In this document: positions 37,961-47,895 of the stretch, piece by piece
Layout of the letters: every line of letters begins with the position of its first letter
Position numbering within the stretch: the stretch's first letter is position 1
Assembly: GCF_006345805.1 (NCBI RefSeq)
Contig: NC_043010.1
Coordinates: 43,152,001-43,216,000, forward strand
Source: Octopus sinensis
Lineage: Eukaryota
Direction of reading: 5' to 3'
Length of the DNA stretch: 64,000 bases
Program-made: the position numbers and the translations under genes
Notes under the pieces: generated by a model
The model's input: only the letters and a program-made list of their open reading frames with translations
Databases searched by the model: none
Told to the model about the DNA's origin: nothing

Positions 37961-39713
37961 GTATGAAATTGTCAAAAAACAGCTGGTATTCTAAGAGTTA
38001 AGGAATTCTTTAAAAAGTTGAGAATGCGTTTTTTTTTAGTCAATTCATTCAACTTTATTTGATGTTGTGTGATATCTTGCATAAACTATAGAACAGTATT
38101 TAATGTCAATTTTTAGAGATATGATTTACGACCCACTTGAATAATGAATGAGTTAATCAGCCTATATTTTATTCATATACAGTAATGTTAAAATGTAAAT
38201 TACATGAGCCTATTGACCTGGATTGTAATTTTAATTCACTTTTAATTAAATTCACAGCCAATTTTCTTGAAAAAAGCATGAACATAACACAAAATGCTTG
38301 TTCTATAAACATATAGTTTTATACCCATTGCAAGAAATCAGTCAGTGCATTTCATGTGCCAAAAATACTGCTGAGGTACAGAACAAGAAACTCCCATCCA
38401 CAATCCACTTTTGATTCCTGTTTGCTGTGCTTTCACTTACATTGCAAGTGTTGTTGAGAAAGACATAAACATGATAAATTCTTATTTATTTTCCCCTACA
38501 AAGCTCAAGCTTATCTTTTAATATATTTCATATGTATTTTTTTTTTGTATTCATATGTACTTCCTATTTAAAGTTTTCCTGAAATTCCAAATGAGTTTCA
38601 CCAAACATACCTTATACTCCTCCATCTTCATGATAGTGTGTCTCTGGTACTCGTTTCTTGTAGAAGTATTGTCCTTACAACAATAAAATACTGACATTCA
38701 AAGACCATAATGAACAAATTTTTTTTTGTGATATTTTGGCTTCTTCAATTCCAAAAAAAGTGTCAACAGAATGAATGTATAAATTAATTCATAACAATTT
38801 AATAGGTTAAAACAAAAAAAAAATTCATAAATAAATTAAACTGAGATAACTTCTTGAAGTATCTCACTCCTGAGTTTCCTTATTCCTTAAACATTAACCT
38901 AGACTTGTTTCTTTCTAAAATAATTCCCAAAACTAATTCAATTTTACTTGGTCTAACCAACTGGTTATCATTCTTTTGCTTGGAATAGCATCTTTGGTTT
39001 CATATTTCCTCCTTGGACATTTTGATCCTGTTTTTAGTTTTTTCCCTTATATTTTTTTATTACTATAATGCACTTTGTGCCGTACTTTTTTTTATTTGGG
39101 ATAACCCTCTATTAACTCCGATTTTTCTTTCCTTGAATAATTTCTTAAATTTTACCCATTTTCTTTGTAAAACATTGCACCAAACCTATATCCTCTCTGA
39201 ATCAAAAAAATCAATAATGGTAATTTGAGCAAAATATGTTATTACTATTGATCAAAAACTCTTTAGCTGAAGAACATGTTTTTATTTACATCTAATTTTT
39301 GTCTCATTGTACTTATATTTGCCATGTGTATGATCATTTTTGTGTATGAGGAACATGATAATAGTATATAAGGAGAAGAAAAAAGAAAGGAAACAATTTC
39401 TATATTTTGACTTCAATGCTAAAAAGATAGATTAAATTTACTTTCAATGTAAAAGAAGAAAAAAGTAAGAAACTAAAAACCCCATCAACATCTTAAAATA
39501 AATATCTCATCAAAAGTACTACAAAAACAACAATAAAATGTTAAAAACCAATCAATCACTCAATTGATGAAATAATTATTTACTTGATCAACTACAACAC
39601 TTACTCATCCCTTATATAAAACGGCAAATTTATTCTGAATAAGATGATAAAAAATAAAATCATTTTTCATTCAGATTTAATTTGAAAATCAGATATCTCA
39701 GTCTATTGTGAAG

Positions 39714-41417
39714 ATGTATCCTGTACAAACCATGTATACAATGGGAAATCAGTTTAACTTTGAAATTTATGGTCCAACATCCCTTTATTCATCTTTAACT
39801 TCAAAAGAAGGCCCATCCAATGGGAAGTGCCAACAGAAGAGTGCTTTAGGTATACCCTGTGGTTCATCAGGGACTTCCTCAGTTACAAATAGCACTAAAA
39901 AACCTTACAAGTGTGACGTTTGTAGAAAGGGATTTTCAAGACAGGTCAATTTGTCCAATCATGAGGCGATACCTGCTGACGATAAGCATTTCTATTGCCA
40001 ATATTGCAAAAAAGCATTTTCGCAACGAGCACATTTACGCACCCATGAATTTACCCACATGGCTGAGAAACCTTTTAGCTGTACTTTTTGCAGTAAAACT
40101 TTTGCTCAGAGGACAAATTTTGATAACCACCGAAGAATTCATACTGGAGAAAGACCTTACCATTGCTCTTTTTGTGAAAAATCCTTTAGTCAACGTACCA
40201 ATTTGGACAACCACGAACGGACTCATACAGGAATTAAACCATATGTTTGTTCAGTGTGTAAAAAATGTTTTTCTCAGATCACAAACTTGAAATATCACGA
40301 ACGGATTCATACAGGGGTAAAACCATACCATTGTGCCTTCTGTGAAAAGTCGTTCACTCAACAAACAGAACTTAAAAACCATGAACGTACACATACAGGC
40401 GAAAAACCTTTTCATTGTACACTTTGTGATAAATCTTTTACCCAGAGAACGAACTTAATTAATCATAGGCGTATACACACTGGGGAAAAACCATTTCAGT
40501 GTGGCTTTTGTGATAAATCTTTTGCTCAGCGCACAAATTTGGATAACCATAAGCGCACACATACAGGAGAAAAACCATTCCATTGTTCCTTCTGTGAAAA
40601 ATCATTTGCTCAACGAACAAATCTGGATAATCACCGAAGAACACACACTGGGGAAAAGCCATTCGATTGCAATTATTGTGGGAAAGGTTTTGCACAGCGT
40701 ACAAACCTTGACAACCACAGACGAATACATACAGGGGAACAACCCTTAAGCTGTAACTATTGTGGGAAAACATTCGCCCAGAAAACAAACTTGGACAACC
40801 ATCATAGAATTCACACAGGAGAAAAACCATTTACTTGCGAAGTGTGTGGAAAATCTTTTTCCCAGCGTGCCATCTTAGATAACCACAGAAAAATTCATAA
40901 AGTCAAATTACTTCAGTCATGTAAGTCATTCGACCAGAGAAATGAGAGTGAAATAGAAGCTGCTAGAATAGAGGTGAACAACAGGACATCAAATGAAGAG
41001 GGTAAATGCAATCAGTCAGGAAGTAACCAACAACAAAATACACCTGGAATGCAGTCACTCAATACAGCTGATATTGCTCGCCGAAAATCAGCGTTTCCTC
41101 AGCGATTAGATGCAAAGAGCTATAACCAACACAACCCTGTAGTATCAAATAACAGTGAATCTTTTTTAAGGGATTCTCAGCTAACACAGTCTATACCAAG
41201 CCATCGTATGCAGTCTTCTTCATTATCAACCAGCTGGATGAATTCTCAGTTTCTACACCAAATGCCACAGACATGGGAAAATAATTATGGCTGGCCCAGA
41301 GGTTTTCCCATGACTTCTTTGTGGAACTCGGGTTGGACAAATACACCAAGTACACTCTCTTGTGCAATGAGACAAAACAAACCAGGAATTGAAATGGAGT
41401 TACACCAGAGAACTTGA
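39714..41417 (+). CDS. ZNF-B: tandem C2H2 zinc-finger protein, 567 aa, 11 canonical fingers (39996-40898) plus one degenerate N-terminal finger, conserved N- and C-terminal motifs shared with ZNF-A
   Basis: Uninterrupted ORF, TGEKP linkers, exact 84-nt finger period; splice acceptor tttttcattcAG at 39673-39674 shortly before the ATG. Confidence 0.95.
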   Translation: MYPVQTMYTMGNQFNFEIYGPTSLYSSLTSKEGPSNGKCQQKSALGIPCGSSGTSSVTNSTKKPYKCDVCRKGFSRQVNLSNHEAIPADDKHFYCQYCKKAFSQRAHLRTHEFTHMAEKPFSCTFCSKTFAQRTNFDNHRRIHTGERPYHCSFCEKSFSQRTNLDNHERTHTGIKPYVCSVCKKCFSQITNLKYHERIHTGVKPYHCAFCEKSFTQQTELKNHERTHTGEKPFHCTLCDKSFTQRTNLINHRRIHTGEKPFQCGFCDKSFAQRTNLDNHKRTHTGEKPFHCSFCEKSFAQRTNLDNHRRTHTGEKPFDCNYCGKGFAQRTNLDNHRRIHTGEQPLSCNYCGKTFAQKTNLDNHHRIHTGEKPFTCEVCGKSFSQRAILDNHRKIHKVKLLQSCKSFDQRNESEIEAARIEVNNRTSNEEGKCNQSGSNQQQNTPGMQSLNTADIARRKSAFPQRLDAKSYNQHNPVVSNNSESFLRDSQLTQSIPSHRMQSSSLSTSWMNSQFLHQMPQTWENNYGWPRGFPMTSLWNSGWTNTPSTLSCAMRQNKPGIEMELHQRT

Positions 41418-41554
41418 TAACATTTTATAAGACTGGTTAAATGTGGAGGAATCATGTTTGATTTTTTATTTGTTTGTTTCATAGTTTTCTAGGTGATTTG
41501 TGGAGGACAGTGCTTTCTGTAGAAGTTGTATACATTAGCTCTTTCTTTTTCTCT

Positions 41555-41569
41555 CACATACATACATAT

Positions 41570-41612
<43 letters not shown>

Positions 41613-41662
41613 ATATATATATATATATTATATATATATATATATATTTGTATATATATATA

Positions 41663-41744
<82 letters not shown>

Positions 41745-41745
41745 T
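41555..41745. repeat. (CATA)n/(TA)n microsatellite in the putative ZNF-B 3'UTR
   Basis: Direct reading. Confidence 0.95.
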
Positions 41746-42157
41746 TACTTAGGTCACATCCAGCAGTTTTTCAGAAAATGGCAAACAGCTGTAAAAGAAG
41801 AGAAAGAAGACAAAGATCACATTCACAAAATTACTGTATAAATCAATCCTTGGCTTGCAGCCTTAGCTGCAGATCTGGTATATAAAGATTGTTGTTTCTT
41901 GTATGGGTGTTATATGTGGATTTTCTATGAGCTTTTTCATCCAGGTCTTATGAAAGTTTTGTTATCCACTTCTTAATCCTTGTGACACTTGGTGTCCTGT
42001 TGTCAGCAACTGCTTCTGCTATAACAGGATAATATTGATTGCTTTCATATCACATTTGTATGCCTCTTTCTATTGCAGGTGTAGGTAATCTTTGCCTCTC
42101 AATCCAGATAACAGTTAATAATATAGCAGTGCTTCTATAATATAATATAACATGTAC

Positions 42158-42163
42158 AATAAA
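42158..42163 (+). promoter_or_regulatory. Candidate polyadenylation signal of ZNF-B
   Basis: TGTA immediately followed by cAATAAA. Confidence 0.35.
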
Positions 42164-42804
42164 TATATATATATTATATATTGCATTTACATATTTACCT
42201 ATATATATATATATACAGTTCAAATTTATAGAAAACGAAAGATGAAGACAGGTATAAGAACAACAAACAGGTGTATTAGTTTAATGCTCAAGAAGATGGA
42301 AAAGTCATTTACATTTTGAGCCTACACTCTTTGGCGGAAAGATTTAAGAGGAAAATAAAACTAGAAAGAGAATGAAAAAATACATGGAGAGAATTAATGG
42401 CCTTGCAAACACAGTATCTTTATTGTGAACACTAGTGTATGCACACACAGATACACATGCAAGCAAACAAACACACACACACACAGAATCCTGTGTTTTT
42501 GTGGGGATAAAGTTTATATATATATATATATATAAATAAATCAAAATAAGCAACAAGGATATCCAGAGGTAATGCAGTACAATCGTTTCAAGCAACTCCA
42601 TTTAATTGACAATGCAATCATTACATTGATTTAAATGTAGAGCAACCTCAGCTGCATAAAGACATAGAATTTAATTAAATTAAAACAGATGGACACATTA
42701 GTATAATTTTACCTAAAATCTCCAAGAAGGCAAGGAGATAGACAAAGAACATGCTGTCTTCACTTCAGCTTAGAAGCTACTCATATATAAGATATGCTCA
42801 ATAC

Positions 42805-43019
42805 TATATCATCATCGTTTAATGTCCACTTTCCATGCTAGCATGGGTTGGACGATTTGACTGAGGTTTGGCGAACCAATGGTTGCACAAGACTCCAATC
42901 TGATCTGGCAGAGCTTCTACAGCTGGATACTCTTCCTAACGCCAACCACTCCAAGAGTGAAGTCAGTATTTTTTCATGCCACCGGCACGAGGGCCAGTCA
43001 GGTAGTACTGGGAATGGCA

Positions 43020-43020
<1 letters not shown>
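42805..43020 (-). mobile_element. Repeat family D copy
   Basis: atcatcatcgtttaatgtccactttccatgctagcatgggttgg... reverse complement of the 29540 copy. Confidence 0.8.
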
Positions 43021-43058
<38 letters not shown>

Positions 43059-43101
43059 ATTATATGCTCGATAGTATATATACATATATATATATATATA
43101 T

Positions 43102-43140
<39 letters not shown>

Positions 43141-43172
43141 TATATATATATATACATATATATATACATACT

Positions 43173-43206
<34 letters not shown>

Positions 43207-43217
43207 ATATATATATA

Positions 43218-43262
<45 letters not shown>

Positions 43263-43270
43263 ACATATAT
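43020..43270. repeat. (TA)n microsatellite
   Basis: Direct reading. Confidence 0.95.
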
Positions 43271-43535
43271 ATATTGAGAAAAAGGAGGCAGTCAGAATTT
43301 TGGATAAATCTTTATTTGCACTTTTGTTCGTTTATTGAACTCAAGACAAAATCAAAATTCAAAATGATAAAAACAGAACGTTTCCTTGTTCATTTAAATG
43401 AATCAGATGTTTTTGGTTAGAGAAATATTTTGGTTTTTCTGGTAAAAGGGGGTAAGTGAGAAAGGAAAGCAAAGGAGAGAGAGAAAAATAGACACAGAGG
43501 TTTCAGGACAATAGATAGATAGGTAGATAGATAGA

Positions 43536-43579
<44 letters not shown>

Positions 43580-44025
43580 TCTTTTCAATTTGATGTGATC
43601 AACCCATTGAAATTTCATTACAAAGCATTTTTCTTTTTTCTGTCTTTTTTCTCTCCTCCTCTTTCCCTTCTCATTGTATACTTATGTTTTGTAATGAAAT
43701 TGAAAAGAAACCTCAACTCTCTCTATCTCTATCTATCTATCAATCCTTTACTTTTTTTCCTCTTTCTTGATTGTCCTGAAATCTCTCTTTATTTTTCTCC
43801 CCCCTCTTTGCTTTTCTTTCTCTCTTACCCCCCCCCCCCCCAAAAAAAAACTAAAATATTCTTCCCATTTTCTAAGCAAAATAAAAAAATCATCTGCTTT
43901 ATATAAACGAAGAAGAAAATGTTCAGTCTTTATCATTTTGATTCTGTCTTCATGAGCTTGATAAATGAATGAAAGTGCAAATAAAAATTTATCCAAAATT
44001 CTGACTGTCTCCTTTTTCTCAATAT
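43271..44025. repeat. Old inverted repeat, arms about 43271-43512 and 43770-44025
   Basis: atattgagaaaaaggaggcagtcagaattttggataaat.. versus its reverse complement; roughly 75-80% identity by eye. Confidence 0.85.
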
Positions 44026-44077
44026 ACAATATCTGTATACCACTTCAAACACCCTATACACACACACACACACACAC

Positions 44078-44110
<33 letters not shown>

Positions 44111-44139
44111 TGTATGTATGTATATATATATATATATAT

Positions 44140-45102
44140 TGTTATATTTCGGAATGGTCATTTTGCCAGTTTAGCCAATAAAAACACACACACTATATAT
44201 TTGGTGTTACTTTGCTTCAGTGTTATTTATTTTTTACATTAATCTTAATCTTATTTCGGCCAGAGTTCTTTCGTCACACTACTGTGACCGCATCAGTGGT
44301 CCTTTGTTTTCTTCTTTCTTATTTGTGTCTCTCCTTACTAACCGTCAGCCATTTTGTATTTCTATTGTAAGTCTTCATTTGCACATGCTTATATCTCTAT
44401 ATGCGTCTATGTTTATTTAGTAGCTTCTGTAATTTGTCTGATTGTTACAACAATCAGACAAATTACAGAAGCTACACACATAATAGAAAATAAACCTAGC
44501 CTGAATAGAAAACTAGAATGGAACACTAGCACACACCAAAACATATGACGATAGAGGATCCCGAAAACATAATAAAACACAGATAAATAAACAAATAGAA
44601 GTAAATAACAATATTATTTTTTTTTTTTCGATTTATCATTATTACTAGTATTGTTGTTATACACATACATACATACAAGCATATGTAATGATAATAATAA
44701 GTGGATGTAAACACATGAACAAAATAAGAATAAATAAAAACAACAACAACAAAAAACAAATTATATGAACATATATAAACAGAAGATACAAATATTACAG
44801 GGATCCCCCCACATACACACACTAAATAAACATAGACGCATATAGAGATATAAGCATGCGCAAATGAAGACATACAATAGAAATACAAAATGGCTGACGG
44901 TTAGTTAGGAGAGACACAAATAAGAAAGAAGAAAACAAAGGACCACTGATGCGGTCACAGTAGTGTGACGAAAGAACTCTGGCCGAAATAAGATTAAGAT
45001 TAATGTAAAAAATAAATAACACTGAAGCAAAGTAACACCAAATATATAGTGCGTGTGTTTTTATTGGCTAAACTGGCAAAATGACCATTCCGAAATGTAA
45101 CA
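44140..45102. mobile_element. Non-autonomous TIR element with TG...CA ends, about 282-bp TIRs and ATAT flanks (Ginger-like)
   Basis: Arms 44140-44421 and 44821-45102 are nearly identical; ATAT on both sides (44136-44139, 45103-45106), although the left copy lies in a TA run. Confidence 0.6.
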
Positions 45103-45174
45103 ATATCTGTTTCAACACACGACTTTACATAAAAAATCTTGCACAACAAATATTTAAACGCATATATATATATG

Positions 45175-45212
<38 letters not shown>

Positions 45213-46090
45213 ACGGGAAGCTTTATGAAAATAAACAAAAGACGAAGGCAGGTGGAAAACAAACGAACAATTGTATTAGTATGGCGCTCAGGAAATATAA
45301 ATAAAACAAGTCTTTAACGTTTCGAGCCTACGCTCTTCAACAGAAAGATACACAGAGAGAGATATATATAGATAGATAGACAGATAGATAGATAAATAGA
45401 TAGATAGAAAGATAGACACACCTGACAAAAACAGACAAATGGATGATCTGGTATTGCTACAATTGTTTATTTAGAGTCTTTATTGAGGCATAAGCATTGT
45501 ACATACAGATATGCAACATGCACAACATCCATAAGTTTATGCAACTTCCAACTCATCGGGCTAACTAATAAACAAGCAAGCAGTGATATGTTGATTTATT
45601 GAAATGTGAACATCATACAGTCAGGTATGCATACTGCATATCTGACTGTACTATGCTTATAAAGACTCTTAGTAAAACAATTGTAACAATACCAGATAAC
45701 CCATTCATCTCTTTTTATTATGCTTTTATGCCATGCTTAAGGATCCATTCATCGTTGGATACTATTGGAGTTGTGGATTACCTAACATTAGTAAACATCC
45801 TTTCATCAATACATTCTGTGGTATGATAATGGATTAACTATCTATTTTGCATTATTCTTTCTAACCAATTTGTGGCATGCTTCACTTTGATATGCCTCAA
45901 TCATTTATGAAATCCCAGTAATTTGCAATACATTTTGTCCATTATTCAACCAGTTCACCACTCTTTGACTTTAATTTGGCTGCCTGCAGTTTCTGTCAAC
46001 AAGCGAAAATGAAGGCAGTTACAGATAGCATTTCTTTTAAGAAATTTGTTGTCAGATTTCTGTGTCTATTAAAAAAATATTTTGAGTCCA

Positions 46091-46476
46091 AACATGGTAA
46101 GTAGCTTGCTTTCCAGCCACATGGTTCCGGGTTCAGTCCCACTGCGTGGCACCTTGGGCAAGTGTCTTCTACTATAGCCTCGGGTCGACCAAAGCCTTGT
46201 GAGTGTATTTGGTAGATGGAAACTGAAAGAAGCCCATCGTATATATGTATATATGTGTGTCTCTGTTTGTGTGTCTGTTCGTCCCCCAACATCGCTTGAC
46301 AACCGATGCTGGTGTGTTTACGTCCCAGTAACTTAGTGGTTCAGCAAAAGGAGTCCGATAGAATAAATACTAGGCTTACAAAGAATAAGTCCTGGGGTCG
46401 ATTTGCTCGACTAAAGGTGGTGCTCCAGTATGGCTGCAGTCAAATGACTAAAACAAGTAAAAAAAAAGAGTAAAAG
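46091..46476 (+). mobile_element. SINE family A, near full length
   Basis: Best-conserved copy: gggttcagtccc B box, gcaccttgggcaagtgtctt CORE-like start. Confidence 0.9.
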
Positions 46477-46685
46477 CGATACAAATGATGTTAATCTAAA
46501 CAATAATTAATTAATTAATAAGGTAACCACCAGCCATTGTTTTAGACCTACTAAAGTCGCTGTGGTTATATTTTGAGAATTTCATACCAATATATTGAGG
46601 GGTTACAGAAAAACTTTAACAGAAAATATTTATTCCAGCCAAGATATTTCAGTAGATTGACAATATAGGCACTGTATATTTTTAT

Positions 46686-46900
46686 TCTTTCATTTGTTTC
46701 AGTCATTTGACTGTGGCCATGCTGGGGCACTACCTTTAGTCAAACAAATTGACCCCAGGACTTATTCTTTGTAAGCCCAGTAATTATTCTATCAGTCTCT
46801 TTTGCTGAACCGCTAAGTTATGGGGATGTAAACACACCAACATCAGTTGTCAAAGCGATGGTGGGAGGACAAACACAGACACACAAACATATACACACAC
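46686..46900 (-). mobile_element. SINE family A, 3' half
   Basis: tttcagtcatttgactgtggccatgctgg... Confidence 0.8.
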
Positions 46901-46999
46901 GCACATATATATATATATATAGGGAGAATTCACAAAATATCAAAAGACAAAGACAGGTGGTGTAGACAACAAACAGATGTACAGGACAAGTTATTACAC

Positions 47000-47895
47000 T
47001 TGGAAAAGTTCAGGACAACTTATTACATTTGGTAAAGTACAGAACAAGAAAAATTTTTAAATATTGCAGCTAAGGATAAAATTTGAATATTAAAAATGAT
47101 TTGATTTTAATTTACAAAGTAACATTATAATTTAAAAAAGGTACCATCATTTTGTTAAAATATTGACACACTAGAATACTTTAAAAATAAGAGCCAGAAG
47201 TACCAACATAGCTAAAGTTTTATGCAAAGTAGAATAGTATATATGGGAGGCAAATTCATTATGTTAAAAATAGGCATTGGGTCAAGACTAAAAATGTAAA
47301 GACTTGGCAATAACTCAAGCAAATTTTACTGGGAATTTGTTGTTAAAGGTAGATTTTACTGTAATATATAACTAATTATGTATTACTTTTATTTAGTTCA
47401 GTCATTTGACTGTGGCCATGCTGGAGCACCACCTTTAGTCAAGCAAATCGACCCCAAGACCTATTCCTTGTGAGCCTAGTACTTATCCTATCAGTCTCTT
47501 TTGCCGAACCACTAAGTTACGGGAACATAAATACACCAACATCAGTTGTCAAGCGATGATGGGGGGACAAACACAGACACAAACATATACATACACATAC
47601 ATATGACAGGCTTCTTTTAAATTAGAATTCCACTATAACTTATTTTCAAATTTCCAATTATTAATTAATAATTTAAAAAAATGAATTCTTTTAAAGTGCA
47701 AAGAATATTTTAAGTTATTTTTTAATTTTTAATAGAAGTAACAACAAATAGAAGTAATAACTTGTAATAAAATTTTTAGTTTTAATAAAAGCTAATACTT
47801 TATTTGAAATTTTATCCTTGGCTGCAATACTTTAAGTAAAAAATTTCTTGTTCTGTACTTTACCAGATGTAGTAACTTGTCCTGTACTTTTCCAG
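47000..47895. repeat. Inverted repeat, arms about 47000-47088 and 47803-47895, with internal 30-bp tandem subunits
   Basis: tggaaaagttcaggacaacttattacatttggtaaagtacagaacaagaaa versus its reverse complement; about 85% by eye. Confidence 0.8.
47388..47617 (-). mobile_element. SINE family A, 3' half
   Basis: Same tail motif as the other family A copies. Confidence 0.8.

Noticed and set aside
38441-38680. Minus-strand small exons with GTAAGT/GTATGT donors
   Set aside because: Splice-like signals are frequent in AT-rich DNA, the peptide is unrecognisable, and nothing else supports them.
44220-45022. Duplicated 66-aa ORFs on opposite strands
   Set aside because: They are simply the two arms of the inverted repeat; low-complexity hydrophobic sequence starting at non-ATG codons.
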